NCBI RefSeq assembly: GCF_037042905.1
Contig: NC_087252.1
Coordinates: 7,504,001-7,568,000 of the forward strand
Direction of reading: 5' to 3'
From: Lytechinus pictus
Taxonomy: Eukaryota
Length of the DNA: 64,000 nt
Under the pieces are notes generated by a model. It worked only from the letters and a program-made list of their open reading frames with translations, was not told the origin of the DNA and ran no database searches. A program made the translations under genes and the position numbers. Each line of letters starts with the position of its first letter. The first letter of the stretch is position 1. Positions 12,650-25,053 of this stretch are shown here, piece after piece.

Positions 12650-13560
12650 TGACTAACATCTAAGTCCCATAATTCCCATAATTCTTGGCCTATCGTCTTT
12701 GACTAGATCAAAGTTAGCAATGCAAACCTGGTCACTGAATAAGCTACAGTGAAAGTAAAGGCCTTGAAACAGAATTTGCATATACTGTTGAGGATAAGGA
12801 TATGACTAGATCAAAGTTAGCAATGCCTACCTGGTCAATGAATAAGCTACAGTGAAAGTAAAGGCCTTGAAACAGAATTTGCATATACTGTTGAGGATAA
12901 GGATCGTGAGACTCCAGATAGGATTGAACTGGCTCATAATTTAGGGATGGCCTGTGTTTGGGACAAATATGATGCCAATGTAGAAACACTCGATGGACAG
13001 CACACACTTGATGCCACAGTAGATCATAAATACCAGAACAATGCCCAGGACCAACAACTCGAAAGCATGTATCAAAACTCACCTGCATATAAACGGGAAG
13101 GAAAAAAACCGAAGCTTTGTTGGAGCAAGAAGAAACATAAAACCATTCAGAAAGTCTCCGAAGAGAGCTCAATTTGATGGTCCTTCCGAGAAAGATATTC
13201 CATGTACACCTTCACGGTCATTTGCACCTCACGATTGTGTTGCCCCATGTTTATCTGATGGGGCAGATGCATCTGAATTTCCATCAGTGCCACATCACAC
13301 TACCTCTGAGAAAAATATGGAAGTTCAAAATCTGAGTGCATTAGATTTCATCTGGTGTTGGAGAATACAGATTGAGAGCATTCCACTTCATACTGGGTTC
13401 ATGAAGTTTATCAAGGACCATCTTCCTCTGCATCAGATTACCTACATGGAACTAATGGCAAAGTCTTTAAGAAATAATATAGTAAGGGAGATAATGGTAT
13501 GTTCTTTTAATGTTGCTAAGGTCGAGATCATGCAGTGGTGGCACATTATTTAAGCTCTTG
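12650..13560 (+). mobile_element. Degenerate DNA-transposase fragment (tentatively Academ-like), with internal 103-bp tandem duplication at 12701-12904
   Basis: LGLSSLTRSK, GLETEFAY, WDKYDANVETLDGQHTLDATVDHKYQN (cf. WDNxD..TLDG..TxH.T..Q), ITYM..IVREIM..DHAVV. Confidence 0.5.
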
Positions 13561-14504
13561 AATCTCCAGTGTGTTCGTAATTCCTAAATTGGTGAACCCA
13601 TTGTGATCACTAAGAGCAGAAAAATAACTGACAAACGGCAGGTTTGTGATTAATGAACCAATCAATTCAAAGATGGGAGTGACATGCGACCAATGCAAGT
13701 GAAGGTTCTTAACTACTATCATTTGCCGAAAAGCAAACAAGTGAGTAATGATGATAAAGTGCACCCTGTGCAAACTTGAAGCAAAGGATCGAACTAGGAT
13801 ACCAAGCACACCATACCCATGATGTTGAGGAAGTCGAGTATCTGGGATTTACCGTCTGTAGGTGGGACTTTGAGGAAGGAACAAGAAGGAAAAGGGAAAG
13901 GCCACAAACCCTGCACTAATTTCTGTGCATCAAGTGGCACATCGATTAGCTTTGGGTATGGCTCACGCTGCAGCAACCACCCCGTATGTCGTGAAGTGCA
14001 AGCAGTCGCTCCAACAGCTTTACAGATTCTACCATTCAGGTACTGTGTGGGCGGCTAGTCTTTCCAAAATTCAGGTTCAAAGAGAGTACAAAATTTATTG
14101 AAGAATGCCCAAGTTGCACCCAAACCTCTAATTTATCTGTATTTGTTGTTAAGAAAAGTAAAACAAATCTAAAATGCTCGAACTTGATCAACAACTTCTG
14201 GAAACTTCACCCACGGTATCTGGTAAGTCATCCCAGGATTCATCCAAAAATATGCTAACACCAGACATCATACTGCTCAAATCCTCTCTCCCGAAAGCGC
14301 CAACAACCCGCCGTCGACTGCAAAGGCAACACGCTATCATAAAAGGAGTGACAACACTTAAAACAAGACGAAACTCCTCCAACCCAACCAACCCAATTGG
14401 TTCAGATGGAGGCAGATGTATCAGAAGTTCTCCAAGAGCTACAAAGTCTTCACAAGAAGCTTTTCTTCGACTAGGTGATGGAGCAAGAAACAGAAAACCA
14501 GGGC

Positions 14505-17500
14505 ATGGATCTTGATAAGCATAAGGGGAAGATAGAGAAGGATGCAGGCAGTCATCTATCAGTGTGACCCATCCTCAAGACTGTTAAGGCCATTCCTGGT
14601 CTAATCAATGAGAGTGTACATGGGTCATGCGAAGGATGCCAGAATAAAAAACCAAGTCAAAAGGATCACGAGGACTGCTTCTGGCTGCCATCTCGATAAG
14701 CATAAGGGGAAGATAGAGAAGGATGCAGGCAGTCATCTATCAGTGTGACCCGTCCTTAAGACTGTTAATGCCATTCCTGGTCTAATCAATGAGAGTGTAT
14801 ATGGGTCATGCGAAGGATGCCAGAATAAATCTCCAAGTCAGAATGATCACGAGGACTGCATCTGACTGCCATCTTGATAAGCATAAGGGGGAAGATAGAG
14901 AAAGATGCAGGCAGTCATCTATCAGTGTGACCCGTCCTCAAGACTGTTAAGGCCATTCCTGGTCTAATCAATGAGAGTGTACATGGGTCATGCGAAGGAT
15001 GCCAGAATAAATCTCCAAGTCAGAATGATCACGAGGATTGCATCTGGCTGCCATCTTGATAAGCATATGGGGGAAGATAGAGAAGGATGCAGGCAGTCAT
15101 CTATCAGTGTGACCCGTCCTCAAGACTGTTAAGGCCATTCCTGGTCTAATCAATGAGTGTACATGGGTCATGCGAAGGATGCCAGAATAAAAAACCAAGT
15201 CAGAAGGATCACGAGGACTGCATCTGGCTGCCATCTCGATAAGCATAAGGGGAAGATAGAGAAGGATGCAGGCAGTCATCTATCAGTGTGACCCGTCCTC
15301 AAGAATGTTAAGGCCATTCCTGGTCTAATCAATGAGAGTGTACATGTGTCATGCGAAGGATGCCAGAATAAAAAACCAAGTCAGAAGGATCACGAGGACT
15401 GCATCTGGCTGCCATCTTGATAAGCATAAGGGGGAAGATAGAGAAGGATGCAGGCAGTCGTCTATCAGTGTGACCCCTTCTCAAGACTGTTAAGGCCATT
15501 CCTGGTCTAATCAATGAGAGTGTACATGGGTCATGCGAAGGATGCCAGAATAAAAATCCAAGTCAGAATGATCACGAGGATTGCATCTGGCTGCCATCTT
15601 GATAAGCATAAGGGGAAGATAGAGAAGGATGCAGGCAGTCATCTATCAGTGTGACCCGTCCTCAAGACTGTTAAGGCCATTCCTGGTCTAATCAATGAGA
15701 GTGTACATGGGTCATGCGAAGGATGCAAGAATAAATCTCCAAGTCAGAATGATCAAGAGGATTGCATCTGGCTGCCATCTTGATAAGCATAAGGGGAAGA
15801 TAGAGAAGGATGCAGGCAGTCATCTATCAGTGTGACCCGTCCTCAAGACTGTTAAGGCCATTCCTGGTCTAATCAATGAGTGTACATGGGTCATGCGAAG
15901 GATGCCAGAATAAAAAACCAAGTCAGAAGGATCACGAGGACTGCATCTGGCTGCCATCTTGATAAGCATAAGGGGAAGATAGAGAAGGATGCAGGCAGTC
16001 GTCTATCAGTGTGACCCGTCCTCAAGAATGTTAAGGCCATTCCTGGTCTAATCAATGAGAGTGTACATGGGTCATGCGAAGGATGCAAGAATAAAAAACC
16101 AAGTCAGAATGATCACGAGGATTGCATCTGGCTGCCATCTTGATAAGCATAAGGGGGAAGATAGAGAAGGATGCAGGCAGTCATCTATCAGTGTGACCCG
16201 TCCTCAAGACTGTTAAGGCCATTCCTGGTCTAATCAATGAGTGTACATGGGTCATGCGAAGGATGCCAGAATAAAAAAACCAAGTCAGAAGGATCACGAG
16301 GACTGCATCTGGCTGCCATCTTGATAAGCATAAGGGGAAGATAGAGAAGGATGCAGGCAGTCATCTATCAGTGTGACCCGTCCTCAAGAATGTTAAGGCC
16401 ATTCCTGGTCTAATCAATGAGAGTGTACATGGGTCATGCGAAGGATGCCAGAATAAAAAACCAAGTCAGAAGGATCACGAGGACTGCATCTGGCTGCCAT
16501 CTTGATAAGCATAAGGGGGAAGATAGAGAAGGATGCAGGCAGTCATCTATCAGTGTGACCCCTCCTCAAGACTGTTAAGGCCATTCCTGGTCTAATCAAT
16601 GAGAGTGTACATGGGTCATGCGAAGGATGCAAGAATAAAAAACCAAGTCAGAATGATCACGAGGATTGCATCTGGCTGCCATCTTGATAAGCATAAGGGG
16701 GAAGATAGAGAAGGATGCAGGCAGTCATCTATCAGTGTGACCCGTCCTCAAGACTGTTAAGGCCATTCCTGGTCTAATCAATGAGTGTACATGGGTCATG
16801 CGAAGGATGCCAGAATAAAAATCCAAGTCAGAATGATCAAGAGCCATCTTCATAAGCATAAGGGGAAGATAGAGAAGGATGCAGGCAGTCATCTATCAGT
16901 GTGACCTGTCCTCAAGAATGTTAAGGCCATTCCTGGTCTAATCAATGAGAGTGTACATGGGTCATGCAAAGGATGCCAGAATAAAAAACCAAGTCAGAAT
17001 GATCACGAGGATTGCATCTGGCTGCCATCTTGATAAGCATAAGGGGGAAGATAGAGAAGGATGCAGGCAGTCATCTATCAGTGTGACCCGTCCTCAAGAC
17101 TGTTAAGGCCATTCCTGGTCTAATCAATGAGTGTACATGGGTCATGCGAAGGATGCCAGAATAAAAAACCAAGTCAGAAGGATCACGAGGACTGCATCTG
17201 GCTGCCATCTTGATAAGCATAAGGGGAAGATAGAGACGGATGCAGGCAGTCATCTATCAGTGTGACCCGTACTCAAGACTGTTAAGGCCATTCCTGGTCT
17301 AATCAATGAGAGTGTACATGGGTCATGCGAAGGATGCCAGAATAAAAAACCAAGTCAGAAGGATCACGAGGATTGCATCTGGCTGCCATCTTGATAAGCA
17401 TAAGGGGAAGATAGAGACGGATGCAGGCAGTCATCTATCAGTGTGACCCGTCCTTAAGACTGTTAATGCCATTCCTGGTCTAATCAATGAGAGTGTATAT

Positions 17501-20234
17501 GGGTCATGCGAAGGATGCCAGAATAAATCTCCAAGTCAGAATGATCACGAGGACTGCATCTGACTGCCATCTTGATAAGCATAAGGGGGAAGATAGAGAA
17601 AGATGCAGGCAGTCATCTATCAGTGTGACCCGTCCTCAAGAATGTTAAGGCCATTCCTGGTCTAATCAATGAGAGTGTACATGGGTCATGCGAAGGATGC
17701 CAGAATAAAAAACCAAGTCAGAATGATCACGAGGATTGCATCTGGCTGCCATCTTGATAAGCATAAGGGGAAGATAGAGAAGGATGCAGGCAGTCATCTA
17801 TCAGTGTGACCCGTCCTCAAGATTGTTAAGGCCATTCCTGGTCTAATCAATGAGTGTACATGGGTCATGCGAAGGATGCCAGAATAAAAAACCAAGTCAG
17901 AAGGATCACGAGGACTGCATCTGGCTGCCATCTCGATAAGCATAAGGGGAAGATAGAGAAGGATGCAGGCAGTCATCTATCAGTGTGACCCGTCCTCAAG
18001 AATGTTAAGGCCATTCCTGGTCTAATCAATGAGAGTGTACATGGGTCATGCGAAGGATGCCAGAATAAATCTCCAAGTCAGAATGATCAAGAGGATTGCA
18101 TCTGGCTGCCATCTTGATAAGCATAAGGGGAAGATAGAGAAGGATGCAGGCAGTCATCTATCAGTGTGACCCGTCCTCAAGACTGTTAAGGCCATTCCTG
18201 GTCTAATCAATGAGTGTACATGGGTCATGCGAAGGATGCCAGAATAAAAAACCAAGTCAGAAGGATCACGAGGACTGCATCTGGCTGCCATCTTGATAAG
18301 CATAAGGGGAAGATAGAGAAGGATGCAGGCAGTCATCTATCAGTGTGACCCGTCCTCAAGAATGTTAAGGCCATTCCTGGTCTAATCAATGAGAGTGTAC
18401 ATGGGTCATGCGAAGGATGCAAGAATAAAAAACCAAGTCAGAATGATCACGAGGATTGCATCTGGCTGCCATCTTGATAAGCATAAGGGGGAAGATAGAG
18501 AAGGATGCAGGCAGTCATCTATCAGTGTGACCCGTCCTCAAGACTGTTAAGGCCATTCCTGGTCTAATCAATGAGTGTACATGGGTCATGCGAAGGATGC
18601 CAGAATAAAAAAACCAAGTCAGAAGGATCACGAGGACTGCATCTGGCTGCCATCTTGATAAGCATAAGGGGAAGATAGAGAAGGATGCAGGCAGTCATCT
18701 ATCAGTGTGACCCGTCCTCAAGAATGTTAAGGCCATTCCTGGTCTAATCAATGAGAGTGTACATGGGTCATGCGAAGGATGCCAGAATAAAAAACCAAGT
18801 CAGAAGGATCACGAGGACTGCATCTGGCTGCCATCTTGATAAGCATAAGGGGGAAGATAGAGAAGGATGCAGGCAGTCATCTATCAGTGTGACCCTTCCT
18901 CAAGACTGTTAAGGCCATTCCTGGTCTAATCAATGAGAGTGTACATGGGTCATGCGAAGGATGCAAGAATAAAAAACCAAGTCAGAATGATCACGAGGAT
19001 TGCATCTGGCTGCCATCTTGATAAGCATAAGGGGGAAGATAGAGAAGGATGCAGGCAGTCATCTATCAGTGTGACCCGTCCTCAAGACTGTTAAGGCCAT
19101 TCCTGGTCTAATCAATGAGTGTACATGGGTCATGCGAAGGATGCCAGAATAAAAATCCAAGTCAGAATGATCAAGAGCCATCTTCATAAGCATAAGGGGA
19201 AGATAGAGAAGGATGCAGGCAGTCATCTATCAGTGTGACCTGTCCTCAAGAATGTTAAGGCCATTCCTGGTCTAATCAATGAGAGTGTACATGGGTCATG
19301 CAAAGGATGCCAGAATAAAAAACCAAGTCAGAATGATCACGAGGATTGCATCTGGCTGCCATCTTGATAAGCATAAGGGGGAAGATAGAGAAGGATGCAG
19401 GCAGTCATCTATCAGTGTGACCCGTCCTCAAGACTGTTAAGGCCATTCCTGGTCTAATCAATGAGTGTACATGGGTCATGCGAAGGATGCCAGAATAAAA
19501 AACCAAGTCAGAAGGATCATGAGGACTGCATCTGGCTGCCATCTTGATAAGCATAAGGGGAAGATAGAGACGGATGCAGGCAGTCATCTATCAGTGTGAC
19601 CCGTACTCAAGACTGTTAAGGCCATTCCTGGTCTAATCAATGAGAGTGTACATGGGTCATGCGAAGGATGCCAGAATAAAAAACCAAGTCAGAAGGATCA
19701 CGAGGATTGCATCTGGCTGCCATCTTGATAAGCATAAGGGGAAGATAGAGACGGATGCAGGCAGTCATCTATCAGTGTGACCCATACTCAAGACTGTTAA
19801 GGCCATTCCTGGTCTAATCAATGAGAGTGTACATGGGTCAAGCGAAGGATGCCAGAATAAAAAACCAAGTCAGAATGATCACAAGGACTGCATCTGGCTA
19901 CCATCTTGATAAGCATAAAGGGAAGATAGAGAAGGATGCAGGCAGTCATCTATCAGTGTGACCCGTACTCAAGACTGTTAAGGCCATTCCTGGTCTAATC
20001 AATGAGAGTGTACATGGGTCATGTGAAGGATGGCAGAATAAATCTCCAAGTCAGAATGACCATGAGGATTGCATCCCGCTGCCATGGGAAGAATTAGTTA
20101 ACAAGTATTTTTATAAAGCCTTGGATATGCTCACCGAAAAACGCTTCTTTTGGTTTTCCAATCAAGTTTACAAAGTTGTCGAGGTGTTTGAAGATGAATA
20201 TGATAACTGCAAAGCCAAAGCACCAATTCTTTAA
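14505..20234 (+). pseudogene. Small CxxC..PSQ..H..C zinc-motif ORF disrupted by internal satellite amplification
   Basis: ATG at 14505 reads into the first monomer; the last monomer reads in frame into unique CIPLPWEELVNKYFYKALDML...KAPIL*. Confidence 0.6.
14509..20084 (+). repeat. Tandem satellite, ~181-bp monomer, ~31 copies
   Basis: Monomer atcttgataagcataagggg...gcatctggctgcc; period 14511->14692 = 181; variants of ~179-182 bp and two of ~162 bp. Confidence 0.98.
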
Positions 20235-20653
20235 AGTCCAGTTTTAAAAAGAAAGGCACACAGTCTCATGTCAAGAGAAAAGTAACTAAAAGAGGGACTG
20301 CTTTTGATATACACATAAATGTCCAGCTCTATTGTTAACTCAGTTTCTTAAAGGCGCGTAATCGGCAAGATAAATGGAGCAAAATGTGTGTTCGCTAGCT
20401 TCTCAAAGATACTTATCCAACGTATTAAATTTTCAAAGACGGGATCAGCGAAATGCTTTTTATCTCGGCAATATTCGCTGGTGTGTTAAATACTCGGAAT
20501 ATTGAGCGGTCACTCGATGTACATGTATATGCGCTTTGTATCCCAAAATGCGTGCGCAGTTTTCAAAGATCCTGCGTTGGCGATGAATTGTTTGCTAGTT
20601 TGGAGGCGCTGAATTTAGATTATTACAAGTGTTTTCAAGATCACGTACCGGTA

Positions 20654-20884
20654 ATGGATGACATTTTCAACATTTCGATTTTATCGTCCGACGTTTCATA
20701 CATAAACATCGAGGAAGAGCCGCCTCTAGAGCCGACTACTTGAAAATGTACGGGGTCATGTTGGTACAAAACGGGCAAGAGGATGTGCCCTTGCAGGAGT
20801 GCCGGTCACCCCTGTACTCAGAGGTGTTCGTGCGGCAAGCGCCGGCTGGGCGCCAACCGAGAACCCGAAGGCAATGAATCGAGT
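20654..20884 (+). pseudogene. Cys-rich CXC-like exon, probable first exon of the KolX-like gene; one in-frame TGA
   Basis: T*KCTGSCWYKTGKRMCPCRSAGHPCTQRCSCG (TGA at 20741 sits at an expected Cys); phase-0 donor gtgagt at 20885. Confidence 0.55.
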
Positions 20885-20958
20885 GTGAGTAGATTTTGTC
20901 TGCCAACACATACAGTTACATTCTCAACTCTCAAGACAAGTTAGCGGTAGATCTAAAG

Positions 20959-21090
20959 CAGGGGCCGCGGAACGGTTTTCAATGTGGGGGGCTGACCATG
21001 CAAAAAATCACAATCCTGCTATGTCATTTTTAAGTTTTTGTTATTGTACACGGTCACGGTTTTGGAAAAAAGTGTGGGGGGCTGAAGCCC
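20959..21090 (+). mobile_element. Truncated hAT-like MITE
   Basis: caggggccgcggaac terminus; tgggggggctga repeated; right end missing. Confidence 0.55.
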
Positions 21091-21520
21091 AGATGTTTAC
21101 TTAGATGCAGTTGCTGCTGTCGAGCCCTCCCAGACTCTTGAGAGACCTGGACCGAGTAATCAGCCACCCTCGTGGTGTAGATGTACAAGGTGTGTGCCAA
21201 TGCCAACAGAGATAGAGAGTGTGTGCTGTCGCCTGCGTACTTGTGTGACCACAGCTCAATTCTTTACTGATGCAGTAATAAATGGCAATGTCTTGGCTGC
21301 ATGCATGGCAGCCAGTAATGATGCATTCCCACGAGACATTCCGCGTTCTAACAAATCGTATAGGCACTACGCATACAAACAGTATACGTACATTACTCAT
21401 GGGCACCTTGGAGCAGGAGTGAGGAGAGTGGTTCCATCGTGTGCAACATTGAGAATCAGAAATGCCTATCCTTCAACAACCAGGGCTTACCGGGGCTATG
21501 TGGATGGAGTACAGGATTAA
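21088..21520 (+). pseudogene. 5'-truncated copy of P2X7-ballast/KolX-like exon
   Basis: Near-identical to 26537-26969: WCRCTRCVPMPTEIESVCC...YRHYAY...LGAGVRRVVPSCA. Confidence 0.85.
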
Positions 21521-21771
21521 ATGCCATCTAACCTCACAACTTGTCAAGATATTTCTTACCCAGTCCTGATAGCTTTATAGTTTTTCTTATCGTTAACATT
21601 GATCTATTGTTGCACTTTACTTCTTACATTTCTTTTTTCATCAGAATATGGAAGTCTTTCTTTACCCTTTTAGGTATAGTCAATCTATTTCTTCATGGTG
21701 AAGCTGAATTAACTCAACCCCCCTCCCGCCCCCCCCCCCAAAAAAAAAAATGATTTATTCTCTTTTATTTT

Positions 21772-22740
21772 ATTAGGTGGTCTGTCAACGACAGATCACC
21801 TATTAGTTTTGTCAGAATTTTCTTTCTTCTTTATTATTATTATTATTATTATTATTTATTTTTATTTATTTCCTCCAATTTTTTGTTCCAAGGATAACTC
21901 CAGATCGGTTTTGTCAATTTCTTTCAATTTTGGCACAGTCAAAGGTCATTGTCATAAGACATGAAAATAACATTTTCAAGGTCATCAGGTCATCGTGACG
22001 TCATCCAGGCGCCATTTTGTGAAATCACATTATCAATCATATCTTCATGATGTGCAATCAAAGGTCATTCATATTTATATCACATATACTTCAAATCAAG
22101 GGTCAACAGGTCATGTCATCAAAGGTCACATAAAAGGTCATGACGTATGCGCGCGTCAAAATTTTAAGCTGTTCAAAATCACTTTTTATTCAAATGAGAG
22201 TACGTTTCAGGCCATTTTAAGGATTTTGCAACATAGAATCGCCACATTTTCTCTGTCATCATATTTGGCATATTTTTCCAAACATTTTGATACCTTGTTC
22301 ACCTTTTTATGACCAGTAATAACGGAATGAGCGTCCGTTCAAGACTTGTCCGTGCGCGCGATCTCTTGTAATACATAGCATATAAGGGCAAAAACATGCC
22401 TATACAAAATTCATTGTTACTCTTCAGAATGGATGGGAACTCCGATTTTTTTTTCATATTTGGATAGATTATGAGTCGGAGATATGATTTCATGTCTCAT
22501 TTGACCCTCAATTAACTCATGAGGTCATCATAATGGCCTCCGGACTCAAAATTTCAATTTGCATATTATGACGTCAGCACATTTTTGGAAAATTAATAGT
22601 TTCTCTGTAAATATTGATTGATTTTCTTCCAAATTTTGATATGTTCTAGCTGAGACAATTCTCCACAAATGCACTTGCCACGATTTTTCATTTTGACAAA
22701 GGCATCATGGCGTATTTTTGCGATTAAAGGAGGCATGTCA
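21772..22740. repeat. Interspersed repeat, possibly Helentron-associated non-autonomous element
   Basis: Starts in a T-rich site with hairpin taggtggtctgtc..gacagatcaccta, then (TAT)n and many aaggtca motifs; absent at the equivalent site of the duplicate (~27240); right boundary uncertain. Confidence 0.45.
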
Positions 22741-22944
22741 ATTTTTCACATTTTGCGTGTATTCTCTATGGGACATGACTTTTTCTCAAAACTGGATTCT
22801 ACATTACCGTCTTTCGCGAGCAATATCTCCGTCGTTTTAGTTTTGTTTTCGCCGAGGATGCCGGGATCATGCTCATATTTCACTTGCAAAGTGGGATTTG
22901 AGAATTCCATTTTCCGTTTACGTGTAATGTCTATGTGGATTATT

Positions 22945-23023
22945 TTGTTATAGTGGTCATAGCACTTGCCTCCCATTCCGGCGACCCACGTTCGATTCGT
23001 GGTGGGTGAATTTTTTTTTTTTT
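22945..23023 (+). pseudogene. tRNA-like (Gly-CCC-like) relic followed by T13
   Basis: tagtggt A-box-like, gcctcccattccggc arm, gttcgattc B-box, then poly-T. Confidence 0.4.
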
Positions 23024-23444
23024 GCCGTCGTTTTAAATTTGACTTTATGATCTTCTTCGACTATTATAACATATTATCATATAAAATTACAAACAATGAA
23101 TTAAAATGCTTAATTTTGCGTGTTATAGCTATGGGAGAGAAATGTCAATCGTTTGATTACAACCCTATGGGAAATTTGGTTCCTTGTCGTGTATTAAACC
23201 TAATATAGGGTTTATCCCCCAACTCTGCTACAATATCAAATCACCTTGCTAGTCTCCTTCCCAGACGTTTTTACTTTTTCCAGTTATTCAGCCCAGGTAT
23301 ATATGCATGTTTACGTCTCTCCCGTGGACATAGAATTGTTTATATATGCTTCTCTCTTTTTCTATATTAAATTCTATTTATGCTGGATATATTGAATGCA
23401 TCGTTCTCTATTGCATCTCTCTCTTTTTCCTCTCTCTTGCTCTG

Positions 23445-24007
23445 CATGAATGAAAAAACAAAAAGAGTAGGGAATTGGTCTATGCCAGTACATAAACTAC
23501 CCTGGCCTTAATAATGGTATTTAATGTGCAAGAAAATGCCAATTTCATACACATATTTTGAAAAATCTCCCTACCGTGGGAGGGGGAAACCCCCCGCCCA
23601 CACCCTCCCCCGCTCAGTCGCTTCGCTCCATCGCTTTGCTCCCGTTGACAAATCTTGGCTGCACCACTGTTGACTGGAATAGCTAAGATGCACAAGGCCC
23701 CCTCCCCATTGATCGGCGAGTAAAACAAAAGAAGAAAGCCAAAAGGAAAAAGGAAAATGTTTCCCTCAAACAAATTCATTAGGAAAATAATGAAAAAAGA
23801 ACAAGAGTAGGGAATTGGTCTATGCCACTACAAAAAAAACTACCCCTAATAAATTAAGGTAATGTTCAAGAAAATGCCGTTTTCATACACAAATTTTCAA
23901 AAAATCTCCCTATACCGTCCGAGGGGGGGGGGGACACCCCTCCCACACCCTCCCCCCCTCGCATATTACCGCCCCCCCCCCAAGATTAAATCTTGGCTAC
24001 GCCACTG
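23445..24007. repeat. Two tandem fragments of a hAT-MITE 3' end
   Basis: aagagtagggaattggtctatgcca...aaatcttggct(gc/ac)(a/g)ccactg occurs twice (~23445-23669 and ~23790-24007). Confidence 0.65.
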
Positions 24008-24151
24008 ATAGCGCCCCCATTGGAATTTTGACTAATAGTCGAGCTGGGCAGCACGTAACGAACTTTAAGTGTGTTAAAAGTTTAGTGGCCGCACATGGCA
24101 CCAGCGCAGCACAAGTAAACAAGTATACGGTAGTAGTACTATTTGATCACG

Positions 24152-24430
24152 ATGGCTTCCAAGACCAACGTTTGTTCGTCAGTCGAAGTAATGCTGGTTG
24201 AGAAATTTGAGAGGAGAAAAGTTATCAGTACTGGAAGGGAATTCGTAGTTGGGATGATCATTGAAGGTGGAGAAAATGAAAGAAGTATCAAACCGTGTTA
24301 TATTAATGACATCAATTGTGAAGCCTGTGGAGATTTGTTGAAAATAAATCCCAAGGAAAAAATGATCATCAACGAAGTGACGGGAAAGGGAGGGACAAGC
24401 CTCAACGTGAAAAGCACTGCAGATGTGTTT
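24152..24430 (+). CDS. Putative first coding exon of an unknown protein (93 aa)
   Basis: Good Kozak-like context (acgATGg), open frame MASKTNVCSS...ADVF, consensus donor gtaagt at 24431; no family recognised. Confidence 0.45.
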
Positions 24431-24478
24431 GTAAGTGGAATTTTGTTTGTGTGTTTGTTATTTAGGCTATTAAGTTAA

Positions 24479-25053
24479 AGGAGAATGAAACTCTTGGAGC
24501 AAGTTAGCTTTTGTGAAAGCAGAAAAATCAAAGAATGAGATCAACAAAAGTTTGAGTAAAATAGGACTAGCAATAGAAGAGTTATGAGCATTTGAATGTC
24601 GAGATCACTAATGCTATGGAGATCCTCCCATTGGCAATGCGACCAAGATCTATGATGTCACAGATGAACAACTCTCCCCTTTTGGACACTGAAAATATAC
24701 CCCAAAACATCTCTTTTTGCTCATTCTAATCATATGACAAACGATTCATCAATGATATAATGTTGTGAAACCTCTGTACTTGTCCTCTCATAAAGAGAAC
24801 ACCTCACCTTGTTATAGACTCTCTAAAAGTGAGAATATAAGTGAAATAAGTACTAAAGTAATGAGGGAGTTGTACGTGTGTGACATCACAGATCTTGGTC
24901 GCATTGCCAATGGGAGGATCTACATGGCATTAGTGATCTCGACATTCAAATGCTCATAACTTTCTCATTATTCATTCAATCTTCCTCAAACTTTCAACAA
25001 TATGTTTCTTTGATTTTTCTCTTTGATATGGATTCAGCTGGTTTCATTCTCCT
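24479..25053. mobile_element. Kolobok-type non-autonomous element
   Basis: TTAA TSD on both sides; TIR aggagaatgaaac/gtttcattctcct; long internal inverted repeats. Confidence 0.85.

Noticed and set aside
14565..14567. In-frame TGA in each monomer read as selenocysteine or readthrough
   Set aside because: The 181-bp period shifts frame each unit and no SECIS was identified; a nonsense mutation before amplification is simpler
14509..20084. CRISPR array, or minus-strand 60-aa ORFs (MTACILLYLPL...)
   Set aside because: Head-to-tail monomers have no unique spacers and there are no cas genes; the ORFs are antisense by-products of the satellite
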